Source: Auanema rhodensis
Lineage: Eukaryota; Animalia; Nematoda
Direction: 5' to 3'
DNA: 64,000 nt
Assembly (NCBI GenBank): GCA_964057225.1
Contig: OZ059895.1
Span: 18,786,001-18,850,000 of the forward strand
The notes beneath the pieces are model-generated. The model was not told where the DNA came from and did no database searches. It saw only the letters and a program-made list of their open reading frames with translations. The position numbers and the translations under genes are program-made. How positions within the stretch are numbered: the stretch's first letter is position 1; each line of letters opens with the position of its first letter. Below, piece by piece: positions 12,258 through 25,143 of this stretch.

Positions 12258-13480
12258 TTACCAAAGAGCTGGAACTTTGCATACGTACTTTCTCATTGTC
12301 CAAGAGCATGGTTGGTTGTTCCAAGTTCCCTTAACGTTCTTCTTCTTGCTGTAGTCATCTTGGAGAAGCTAAAATAAACTTTGAATGACTAACATATTAT
12401 GCATGGGTTAACCTCAACGCATTGATCACTTCTAGTATCAGATGGCATTCCAGGTTCCCAATTTCTGTAGGTAACCTCGGTACCGTCATTCCAGATCCAA
12501 TCTCTTCCCTACAATATATACATTATAATCCGTTGATCAGAAAATCAAAATTTTCGTACAGTGAAGTGAAGTCCAATCCAGGTCATTTCATCAGCCTTAC
12601 GTGTTCCACCGATTGAAGTGAGGCCTATGATAATTATAATTATACTTTCAACGATTTCAATTAATATACTCATGACAAAGTTGTTTTCTTCAACGCTGTG
12701 GATTGAAGTCAAATGTCCTTTCAAGGCAACGCACATGTTCTCAGCACCCCAGAAAACAGCACTAGTTCCAACCTGTTTTGTATATAGTTATAATTTTTAT
12801 ATTTTTGAACAACTTACATAGTAACAAGCATTGGTTTTACTGAAATAAACATGCTCAGCTGGGCACTTTGGTCCATGAGTAGTGGGTGCTTTAGTAGTGG
12901 TTGGTGGATTTGGGTCGAAAGAGCAAATGAATGGTAATCCATTGGCACATGAGGTGTGGTACCATTGCCCAGTTGCTGTACTGTAAGCACAGGCGTTGGT
13001 GTTGTTTCCAGGCTCATCTTAATATTTCAAAGTAATATTTAAAACTTAACAGAGATTTATACTATTTGCCCAGACTGAGAAGGAAACACGAGAGCCATCG
13101 GACCAGTACCAACTGTTGGATCCCAAGTTTGATAATCCGATCCAGAAAGGCGAATTGGGGAACACTTGCTTAGCGGTTTCTACAGTTATGGTTTCAATCA
13201 ATTAAGAATTTAATGATTATGAATACCTGAGAGATAGAAGTTTTCAGTAGCGTTGTGAATGTTAACCAACAGACCTCCTCGAGATACGCAAGCTTCTTGA
13301 GCTTGCTGGAATCCAGCTTTGTAAGACGCGAATTGATAGCATCTACATCATTTATTTTATTTGTTTATTCTCTTTCTCCATTCTTCTAATTTACCTTTGC
13401 ATTATGCTATCATAGATAGTATCAGCTGGACAAAAAGCTGAAGCAAGGGCCACAGAGGCCAACAACAAGATGAGTTTCAT
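12258..13480 (-). CDS. C-type lectin with two CTLD domains (clec family)
   Basis: Signal peptide MKLILLLAS; LLVNIHNATENFYL, FWIGL...WYWSDG, Pro/Thr linker, second CTLD (HLTSIHSVEEN, WIGL, WIWNDG, WNNQPC...YVCK). Confidence 0.88.
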
Positions 13481-14372
13481 TCTAAAATATGTAGGTTGAA
13501 AAAACGATTGAAGAGTAAAGGCTTTTTGCTAAAAAAAGAGAATAAACTTGATGAAAACCTTCAAAGACAAACGTCGATTAATATCAGTCTCTTATCACTG
13601 GAAGCCGGAAAAATACGTCATTTACTGCTGCACATGGCAATGAAATCTACAATTGTCTTGAAATATTAACGCCCACTGGAAATTCTTTATACTTATTCAC
13701 TTATGGCTCGAAACTTCTGTTAAATAATAATATTGAGGGACACATTTGAAAGTAAAAGTTTATTCAAAAAATATTTTTCATGTTCAACTTGTCATACAGT
13801 ACTTTAAGAAGTTTATTGTTTTTGTTGTGGTTAGTGTTCGCCACCTTAACTTATACATACATGTATCATCTTACTCAGATGGTCAAATAAATGTCTATTC
13901 GGAGCTGCTGACAGATGGCGTGAAATAGATGAAGAAGAAGGATGAAAGCTGCAAACGGATAGATTTTCGTTTACCTTTTCAGTACTTAATCTCCGCCCCA
14001 TTTGAAAGATCGAGTTCAAGATTTATCTCTAATTCCGACCATCACGGACGACAAGATTTTCAATCTTATTCAACAATTGAGCTCGAGAGCACATACACCT
14101 TGTGCATTCACGCCGATAATCAACAGATTATTTCTCTATCAAATTGTTTCTTCTAATTAGCTAGTCTAACTACTATCTGTACATCTTCATAGGGTGCTGA
14201 CGGACATTGATTCTGTTTACCATAAGAAGCAACTATAATAACAGAATCTTTTATTACAACAACGCCTGACGGTCAGCGTTTAGCTCATCGTCAAGCGTCT
14301 GCTACTCATTCCAGTGTTACTAAACCTCGACCTCTGAGAATAGTAATCTCAATTTTTCTTCTACTACTCATA

Positions 14373-16199
14373 ATGCTGATTCTGCTTCTGTTCTATCAAC
14401 TCTTCGCTGCGTATGCTATTCATTTGTCTAAGCGACCAGAAAAATCTAGCGAAAACAGAACTGCTACGTTCAACGATTATCCTGATTATGATAGCAACAT
14501 CTGGGGCTCAGTACCTTTGACAAACTCTCGACCAGTTACTATTGAAGAATTGGGTATGTTATTATCTAACAACAAAGATTTATTTTTGTATGATATTAAA
14601 TTAGAATTCGAAGACTAAAACCTTATGTCAGCATACTAATTTCGTAAGCAACACTAATTTCTCGTATAATTCCCGCTGTTAAATTTATAAATTTCTTAAT
14701 ATCTGAAGAGGAAGGACTTTGTTCTATTGAATTCTCTCTTTCATTCAACAATTGAACAGAATAAGTAGCTCCCTAGACGGAACGGTGATGCAGGTCGTCA
14801 GCTTTACACTCATCAAAGCTGTCAAATGAAGAAAGATAAATAAACCCCCCATCCACTACTGACGTATCCTTCTTAAGAAATGAATGAAAGATTAAATGAA
14901 TGACAATCGAAACTGTATATGTAGAATAAACTCTAATTTCGGAATTCTCAAAAAAAAAATTTCTTTTTTCAAATACATGTACTACTTCGAAAACAGTGCC
15001 AGTAAACAAAAAGTTCGAATATCTACAAGATCTGAACAGATAGGTTTCGAGTTACGCCACGCTTGTTGTTAGCTAGCAGATCAAAAAGTACAAACCTACC
15101 GTAGCCCGTGAATGCCAAAAAAAATTAACGTAGGAAGAATTTAGAATACAACCGCTCACATTTTGAATATAATTTTAAATAATTTCATTTCTGTAGTAAT
15201 TGCTAATAATCTAATTTTTTGATTTTATTCCTATTCTGTAATTAAATGATAAATTTTTTATACTTATTATATAATTAGTATATAATTTTGATCAGTTGCA
15301 TTACATAGATGGTGGCAATAAACGACTCGGCATTAAGCGCTATCCTCAACTCATCAGGACTCCGGATATGGGTGTTTCAGTATGTTATTTTTATTAATTG
15401 AAATTTAATTTTCACACGTTTAAGAATGGAGATTTCAATGTACAAGGGAATGGATTCCCCGACTCCTCGGCCTTTCGTCCTTTCAACCCATTGCTTATGG
15501 GAACTCCTAGAATCCGAGGACGGAATCCCATCTCACCTAATGTGAATAGAAATCAAAATAACTTTTATCAAGGATATACTTCGTCACCAATGGGCTATTC
15601 TTATGCAGGTAGTATAGTTCAAAAAGGGAAATTTATCTTAAAATATCTCAGGATATATTGATCGTCAAGCTCGTCGTTTTCCAATTATGATGTATACGTT
15701 AGTCCAATGTGTTCCGTGTCAACGAGCTAAGCACTTGCTAGCTGTTAGTTACAGCGATGTTGCTGCTCACTTTTTGGGTAAAAATATCAAAAACTGCGGT
15801 TAATCATGAAATTCCAGAACTTGTTGGTGATGAGGACTGGCAGAGACAATTACAAGTTGATTTGATTCAGATTACTGGACAATCCACGTTCCCTTACATA
15901 TTTATTTGCGGTCAGCACATCGGAGGTAAGCTTTCTTATTACAAAAAAAGAAGAATGTGACTGTACAGACATAAAAGCATTTAATATTTTCATTTCCTTT
16001 CACCCATTATTGAAACCTCAAATTCTGGGATAAATCAAACATGCTGTTGAACAAATATAACAAATAAAATTCATAAGCAGCTTAGTATAACAACAGAAAC
16101 GCCTTTTATAATTCTGTTCTAGGTTACTCAGATCTTTTTGGTCTTCATCAAAGTGGTCAGCTCAGAACGATGCTCAACAACTGCGCACCCAGAAAATGA
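14373..16199 (+). CDS. Glutaredoxin-domain protein with signal peptide and long low-complexity N-terminal region
   Basis: Exon 1 (14373-14553) splices in frame to 15309. C-terminal domain IMMYTLVQCVPCQRAKHLL...ITGQSTFPYIFICGQHIGGYSDL shows CxxC, T-x-P and GG-x-x-D glutaredoxin motifs. Confidence 0.75.
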
Positions 16200-16355
16200 A
16201 TGTATTACGAATTTTATAAATTAATGTAAATAAATACCCCCTCATAAAATTAATACTAAACAGCGAAAAACATGCTCCAAAAATAACATAAAACAAAGAA
16301 TCACAGGAAAGATAAGACATACTAAGAAATAAATTAAAGAAAACAGAAACAACGT

Positions 16356-19321
16356 TTACTCGTCGTCGGAGTCATCTCCTTCAGTATACTCTTCATCGCT
16401 GCTATCGACTTGTACTTCCTCTTCATCTTCGGTATCTTCATATTTAGGAAGAACAATCTCCTTAGCCTCCTTAACCTCCAACTGAAACAGAACATAGTTA
16501 TAAGACAACAATAAGAGTTATTCTTACTTTTAAATCTTTACAATAATCACCATCCATATATGAATCAGATCTAACAGCCAATTGGTAATTATAAAAACCT
16601 TTGTGATCAGGTGCTAAGAACCTTAACTCAACCTGCAATAAAAAATTATACACAAAAGCAAATATTAAAAATAAACATACAGTCTGCTCTTCTATCAGCG
16701 TTTTACAAGAAACTATATGTGAAGCCAATCGTCTACCATACTTCTTATCTACCATTGACAAAGTAACCCACCTTAACATCAGCCATATAAAGAATTATGA
16801 AAAAAAGAAGAAATAAACTTACCACCATTCATACTTCTCTCCAGGATAATAAGGACAATGAACTTGATGTGTCTTATGAGATTTAGCTTCGAAAACATTC
16901 TTAAATGATCGAAATGAAATGCGCACATAAAAAGAACAACTAACCTTCTTATTAGCTGGCTCCCATTCACCATCCTCATCCATATCACTTTCATCCCCTC
17001 TGCTGCTCTCTTCGTCAGAACTTGATCCAGATTCTTCTTCTTCATTATCATTTTGTTCATCATCTTCATCATCAGCCTTTTGTTCAGAAGATCCAGTTGT
17101 GGGTTTCTTTGGTTGTTGTTGTTTCTTCTTCTTTCCAGCTCCACCCTTTTTCTTTTGGGGCTTGACTTTTTCCCATGGTTTACGCTTAGGCTGCAAATAT
17201 CTTGATTAGATAATAAAACATATTTTCAATAATAAAACCTTCTTCTCTTCCGGTTCAGTTATTTCTTCGAAATCAGCAATTTTTTCATCCATTTCGGTAT
17301 CAGCTTTGTCTAATTCGTCATCATATTCAGTGGATGGTCTCATGCGCTGATCTTCGAGGCTAGCAGATTGGGGATCTAACAAGCTTGATCTAGTCAATTT
17401 GACTCTTAATGTGACATAACATCCAGCAGTAATTTCGTGAGCATCATCCTCACCCTCAACTAAATCAAGAGAATTAAACAGAACAAAAACTTAAATACTA
17501 ACCAACAAGAGTGCTATCGATGGCAAGACGAGGCATAGAAGATAAAACAACAAGAACATCTCTATATTGAGAATCAGATAAAGATTTCAAAGTAGTACGT
17601 CGTTTCTCAGAATCCATAGAAGCCAAATCACTACAACTGTACACACGTTGCTAAAAATATTTATGAGATTTAACGCAGATTTCCGGGTTATACCTTTCTA
17701 AGATGATTCAAGTTGAATTCAGTTAGATGAGGAAGTTGCAAAAGAGGACTATTCTTAGGCCACAGTCCTTGAACAAACATAGGCTGTAGTCTCATCAAGT
17801 TTTCCATAGTTTCCAAAGTAATTTTAGTCTATAATACATGAATGACACGAATAAACTATAAGATGAACTAACGGGAGTATAAAAAGTAATCTGTTGAGAC
17901 ATACTAATCATTTCTTCAATAAGTCGTATAACACGTGCTAAGACATATCTGAAATTTAAAATTAAAAACTAAAATAAAATCAGTAAATACCTTTGGTCAT
18001 CTTGAAGGAAGGCAGATTCAAGAGGAATGCGTGAAAGATGGCAATGAATAAGAATTCTAGCTTTAAGAGCATATGGGAGGCATAATGGTCTCTCTTTCTT
18101 ATTTTCACCGAGAGCAGGCAACAATCTCATTAATCTAGAAAAAAAAACTTGAAAGAGTATACGAAAGGTTCAATATACCTTGGTAACTCTACATCGTCAG
18201 TCTCTCTTTCAATAATTTCCTTGTTATATTGTCTCCAGAATTCAAATGAACCAGAAAGAACCATGATCATACCTACAATGAAGACAAGATAATTATTTTC
18301 CAGTATGTAACATACGATTGATTTCCATTTTAGGTGTTTTGTGTAAGAAATAATAAAACAGTTGTGTAGTATCCATTAAAACTTTGTCAGCGTTAAATTT
18401 GATAGAATTGTACCACCAAAATCCCTAAAACAAGCTTACTATATTGAGAAATTATTACATATTAGACTTACAACACCAACAGGAAGAATAATCATAAATA
18501 ACAACCCGTAAAAGGCCAGAACCCAAACTCCATATTCTTTACTTACAAGCCATTTTGGAAGAGCAATTCCGAATGTAGTTGCTAGAAATCATGTTATCAA
18601 ATATCACAAAACGAAATATTTTCAAATTACCAGTTGGTCCATCGGGATTACCGTATTTCTCCCAGTTTTCTTTAGATTCGTTATCGGTTAAAGCCTACAA
18701 TAATCATAATCAACATTCGGTGGGTTAGTGAAAATCAAACCTGGTAAGCTTTAGCGATTTTGTCGAACATAACAGAATCTCCTCCACGATCAGGATGCAT
18801 TTTCTTGGAAAGTTCATGATAGGCTTTCTTCACTTTATTTGTTGGTGCTCCCTAGAATTCATATTAGCTAAGATTTCCATACGCTTACTTACCTGATCAA
18901 GACCCAAGATGGTGTATGGATCATACTCTTCAGAAATAACTTCGATTTCCGAAACCTTCTTGACAATCAAAGCGAAAATAGCCCAAGCAACCACAAGAAA
19001 CTATAAAAACAATTTTAAGCAGAAAATGTTTTGTATATTTTACCACAGCTCTCAGAATTTTTTTAGTTCTTCTCCATGGCTTATTTGCTTCCTTCACTTT
19101 AAGCTTTTCAATACATCCCGAGCAATGACAATCTCTTTCATCAACCTTCTTCTCTTCTTAAATAATAAAGTTTGTTCGATCTTCTCCATTCTACACGTAC
19201 CTTGCTTTCCATTTGGAAACATGAAGTATGTTAAGGGAAGAAGAATAAGGGCATAGAATGATACCAAAACATAATAAAAGGTATTTCCAACCTCATCATA
19301 CTCAAATGAAGCCCTGGCCAT
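16356..19321 (-). CDS. dnj-29: Translocation protein SEC63 (J-domain plus Sec63/Brl domain)
   Basis: MARASFEYDEVGNTFYY; YDPYTILGL...HPDRGGD...WEKYGNPDGP; FGIALPKW; VHCPYYPGEKYEWW; acidic C-terminus. Confidence 0.95.
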
Positions 19322-20126
19322 CTTACCTGTAAAATTAAAATCAAAACTTCAATTAAATATTCATACAGTAATTTTAAAAAACTGAAACAACGTTTAAGTT
19401 AAGTTTATGACGTTAACAGTGAGCTGCACATCGGTGCTCTTGACTATAATCAGGAAATTCCGCACAGGACCAATACCCAGCAATACCGCATAAAATATCG
19501 GCAATAATATCTCTCTGGACATTATTATCTTTTTTTTCATCAATTATTAATTATCGGCCTTCATTCACTAATTGATAAACAGAAGACATATTAAATTATC
19601 CTATTCATGATTTGCTTATATCAATACTATCTCAATAATATCAATTTTTTACTGCTTAATTAGCTGTTTGCTATTTTAACAATCTACATTGTTTAATTAC
19701 TAATTATTCAAACTTATGTTTTTATTTATCTACAACTATATATAAGCAGTGTTTGATAAGAAATCCACATTTTATGATAAAGTTCTTTTAGTTATCTGTC
19801 TTCTTTGAACATTTTTTAAACGCCCACAAGTCATAACACTCTTTACTTTCTAAGTTGAATTGCTTGTCATTTTATTTTTAATTATTTCTAAAGAATGTAT
19901 ACTGACGTCAACTAAAAAGTAATAGATCAACTGTTGTTACAACTGTTGTTTCCTACTCCGCCCAAACGCTTACTCATCACACAAAAATTTTGTTTCGTTT
20001 TTCATAGCCATGCTTGTATATATCTTATTCTAATTCTTTCACTCTCTATGTTCTCTTTACCTCTACTGAATTTTTGTAGGGCTGCTTAGGCTTGACGGAC
20101 TTAGATAGTCTGTTGTTCTCCAAACA

Positions 20127-21534
20127 ATGTTCACTGATTGGAATATCACCCAGTGGAAAACATTCGGATTAGGATGTTTCTGGGTAATAATGCTTGACTG
20201 AATTTCTTTTTGAAGTAGAAATAATTTAGGTCGTCCTGTCCTTTGTAGCCTTTCGTTTAATACAGTTCTGTGTTCGATGGTATTTATTTGGAAAATGCAC
20301 GTTCAGAACATTCTCATATTTCGGTTTACGTGGCCGAGCAAGAAATGCTGATAGTCGCGAACTAACTGTAAGTTGTAATCTTTTCTTCATTATTTGAGTT
20401 TTTGAAAAATTCTATATGCTATTTAGGTTGTTCCTCCCAATAAGAAATGGAGAATTTCGAACGAAGTAGTTTCTCTCTTGCACTCTGTTATAAGCGGCCT
20501 TTGGGCAGCTTATGCACTTCTTTATTATCAAAAGCTAACTGAGGATATGATTAACTACAGATGTGAATTTGCCATTAACTTGGTTAGTATCAGTATTCAT
20601 CAATAATATTATTGAATAACCATCTTCAGCTTTTCCTCTCTGGAGGATATCTCCTTCATGATCTCGTCGATCTCCTTGTCAACGAGCAAAGTGCTCGTAT
20701 CATAGAACTTCTTTTCCACCATTTCATTGTGTTATCTGGATTCACCACTACATTGGTAATATTTTTTTTTGCATTATGTATTAATCTCTGCCAATCTCAA
20801 AGATTACTGGCAAATACCTGGGAGTAGTTGTTTTTGGACTTTTAATGGAACTCAATTCAATTTTCTTGCATTCTCGAAGTTTACTTAATTTGTAAGTTTC
20901 TTCGTGAACTATCTGTTGAAAGAATACCATATTTAAGATATGGAGTAAATAAGAAATCAACCTCCTTCCGTATTATTGCTTTGCTAAATATGGTTACATT
21001 GATGTTGTTCCGCTTAGGAGTTTCAATATATCTAATGTATTGGGCGGTGAGTCATAGTTTATATTGCTTTCTAAAAATTTTCAACTGTTTTTAGTTTACT
21101 AATGTATTGAACATGAAATGGTATGTAGGTGTTGTAACCTTTATCGTTATTCTATCTCTTGCCTGTACAAACACTGTTCTTTCCTATCGTGTGATGGCTG
21201 CCGATGGCCTTCTAGGTAAACAAATATTTCAACTCATAATGATCATACTTTCCCTTTAGGAAAAAAACGGGCTAGGAAGCCACGTGATACAGAGTCTACA
21301 GTTGTGGAAGGTGAAGCTGTTAATACTGAAGACAATGAAAATGATGATGAGGAGGAAGATGAGGTTCGTATTAGAAAGCACAGATTATTTCAAAACATAT
21401 GGTTTTTTTTCTATTTCTTTTGACTCGTATTTATGATGTTTATTTTTTTTTTCTAGGATGCTCCTCATGAGGTGGCTGTACAGACAGATGTCCGCACTCT
21501 TGTGGATTCTTCAACACAGCCGACCATCGCTTGA
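20127..21534 (+). CDS. fld-1: TLC (TRAM/LAG1/CLN8) domain membrane protein, TLCD1/2 ortholog
   Basis: KWRISNEVVSLLHS, GYLLHDLVDLL, ELLFHH, LLMELNSIFLHSRSLL, LFRLG; acidic tail. Start codon approximate. Confidence 0.85.
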
Positions 21535-23461
21535 ATGTCCTAATAATCGCAGTGCGGTTTGGACAATTTCTTACCATTCCTTTCTACTTTAGCTATGTTA
21601 TTTCTTGTTTATTTCGATCTCCAAAGGAGATGTTATTGTATTCATTGATGTGATTTTGAACTACATTCGTGCAATTTTTCTTGCGGCTTGCGCAATCATT
21701 AAGAATTGGCGCAAGCGCCGGATACCCCTTGGCCATGTTTCTTTTTCAATAGCTTAAGACTTATAATTCGTTGTAAAAGCACTAGGAGCTTTATTTCAAC
21801 TTGAAACTTTCAATTTGTTGATTGTTATACTTTTATAGAAATTCTAAATATTCATCTTTTGCGTCCTTTGCCTGATTGCTTAATTTATTTTTCCAAAATT
21901 TCCAAAATTGGATAACTTATCCCCTCTAAGCTTATGTCTGTACAAATCGAACCTGAACCGTATTCTCAAATCAGACAAGATCTATAAGATGCCATTTTCT
22001 TGAATGTGTTCGATAGAAAACGTTCGAATAAATTTGGAATATTTTGAAATATTGAGCTGTTTCAACGAAAATCTATTAAATGCTGTGAAGTAACCAGATC
22101 TCTGATCAATCGTTGGATTCTTATGTACTTGGATGACCTTCTGTCTTATATAATTGTTCTTATAATCTCTCAATTGAAAGTGACATATAAGATTGATAAG
22201 TGAGATTATCAGGAGGGGTATTCTGAAATATTAATAATCAAATCAGTAACATGAAAGGAAAAACTATAGTTAAAAAAAAAAACGATTTTTGTTCGTATGC
22301 TACCGATAAGCTTTTGTTGGTTTTTTTAACAATTGATACTGAAAGTGGGTTTTTTCATTCAATCAGGTCATAGATAGTGCTTCTCGAAAATTCGAGAACG
22401 TTGAACTAGAAAGAATTAAGACCTTGGTATTCAGACATTGGTTATTAAACAGAACGAAGGGCAGAAGTCTTCGGCGGAATAAAAATATCAGACAATGAAT
22501 GATCTCGGGGAAATAGCCGTAGGGAAGTTGTGGTGCAACCAAAAATCTTCAAACTTCAACATACTTTCCCAAATCTAATCTCAGCAGCTTCGGATAGAAC
22601 CTAAGCTATATTAAGAAGAAAAAAAAGAGGAAAAAAGAAAAAGTAAGAGTTCTTCTGATGATTTTGCAAATCATAGCATTCTCACGAAGCTGTTGCTACT
22701 GCTACTATGAGCCTACGCACATTTCAAAGAACGTCGGAAGAAATCTAATGATTGAAGTTCACTATTTTCAGAACAAAACGTTTAACTCACGATGTGTAAA
22801 AGATAAGGATTATGCGTGAGTAATTGGACGATAGATAATGCTTTAGTACAACATTACATCAATATCATGTTTTATATCTTTATATCTGAATGTTAATGCA
22901 CGCATGATCCTTTCAATTATAACATAACTAACATCGTCTTCAGTAGATTAAGCTAAGGACATTGGGAATTTTATGTGAAATAGTGAACTTTTGAAAATCA
23001 CTAAAATCGAAAACTATGGGTTTGCATCTAATGCTTATCATCCAGCAGAAACAAAAAAAATCTTGCTGATCACTCTGCCATACTTGGAAAGCTCAGTGAA
23101 GATTAACTCCTTTTCTTTCTTTTTTTTTTCAAATTGGTTCATCTTCTCCTAAATCTTTCAGCCTTATAATCAGCCGTTAAGCTGGATTTCAATTATTCTT
23201 TTCAAACTTTTCTTCCATCTAGTTCTAAACTAGAGCCACGAATTGTCTAAGTATCTTCCTGCTTTTTCTTCCTCATCACCGTCTTCTTCGTTCTAACGTG
23301 GTCGTTGTCTTCTGATTCCCATGGTGTCCAACCGGACCTTCTATCAACTCAAAGAAATACCTCCCCCCTCTTTCTCTTTCTCTCTTTATAGATATATTTC
23401 TTTCTTTTTCCCTACCTCTCTACTCTTTGTTTCTCTCGCCAACTCCCTCTCATGCACACAC

Positions 23462-23508
23462 ATATATATATTTATATTTATATATACATATATATATATA
23501 TATATATA
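23462..23508. repeat. Imperfect (TA)n microsatellite
   Basis: Read directly. Confidence 0.9.
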
Positions 23509-25143
23509 CACATCATGACGATGAAGATTGATAATCAGAAATTCCATGACATATTTATTTCTCACATATACTCCTTCCTTCAATCTATCAGAGTCAAATT
23601 AATATATTCTTCTGCGAGATTACCAGCTTTTCACTTCTTCGCTACATCTTTCACCAGCGTTCTTCTATCACTTCTTACTTAACCCTCTAGACTTTACTGT
23701 TTAAAAATCATATTCTATCATCTACATAACCAGAAAGTGACATTTTACACGAGAAAAACGTGTTTAATGATGTGTGATATACCAAATACATTAAAGAAAA
23801 CCAACCGATCACTTCTGCCTTCAAACTTAAATGAACTCTCGTTAGCCTCATATATTCTTTCTTTATCTTTGCCTGTCATCATCACCATTATCATCATCGT
23901 TATTTCAAAAAAAAAAGAAAGAAGGAGTGTGCACAATTCCAATTAATCTTCATATATTCATGAAGCTTACAATTAGTTTTTTTAATACATTTATATATAG
24001 CAGCTTAATTATCTAAGTAATATCATTATGTTATGCTATATCATCGACAAGATGCATGTAGTTATCTTTTTCTTCCAAAAACATGCTAGCGTTTTTAGTT
24101 TTAAATTTTTTTTTCGTAATACAGCATGAGAAATCACTTTTTCCAAATATTTTTTCAAATCTCGATCATAAACATCATACGATACCTTTTTTCAGTAAAA
24201 TTCATTCTAACATTTGACAAAACTAATATTTTCGTTATTATTAAATATCCTGAACTACCTTTAATCCTTCCAAATTTAGAAATATTCATCAAAAACTTGC
24301 GTTCTTCTAGAAAAGTGTGTACAAGTTTTAAGTTGCAAGAAAAGGCAAGATAGCTGCATGAGGTGAGAACCTTCTACAATTCATTTGAGCATGCTTCAAA
24401 CCTGAGTTCCAGCCATTGTGTATTCTTAATCTCGAAGATTATCACACATTAAATCTCATTTTCTCAGGAAAAGTTGAAGCTAATTAATAAACTTTTTTTC
24501 TAATCAAAAACGTGTTAAGAAGAGTTAGATGGATTAAAGTTTTGGAAATCAAGTTGATATTTACCTGCGATAAAAACATTTCCAACAATCTTTAATAAAG
24601 GTTTCTTCAGTGCTAAATTCTTAAGTCTTGACTATGATATTCAAAAATTGAGTGGGAGAAACGGAAGATATATCTAATGTTTTATTAACTTCGTTCTTTA
24701 ACTATATTCTCTTCATTGATGACCAGTCTCTTTCCATCTCTAATTCTCCTTATTTATTTATATATTATGCTTTTCTATCAGATTTGATAATAACTTTGCA
24801 ACATCAAGCATCGCGAACTTCGATCCCAAGATCATGCGTTTCTGCTATTTTTAGAATTCTCTTTGCAACACCACGATCAATTTCGACTATTTCTATCAAA
24901 ATTTCCCAGATTTTGATTGTACTAATATGTATTTGCATGTTATATACCCATGCTTCTATAACACTTCTCAGTTGTCCTTTTATGAACTTGAAATATCATG
25001 TATTCTACAGTATTAACTCAAAATCTCACTTTCCATATTGAGTAATATACTCTATTTCTATCGTAATTTCTATTTTCTAACACAAATGTTATGTTTTTTC
25101 TTCATTTGTTCTTGCGTTAACAGCATGTTTCAGCTTTTACACC

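Noticed and set aside
21600-25100. Several 60-130 aa ORFs between fld-1 and mod-5
   Set aside because: Low-complexity, microsatellite-driven or F/I/L-biased translations with no consistent splice chain. More likely mod-5 upstream regulatory DNA, though a small gene cannot be excluded.
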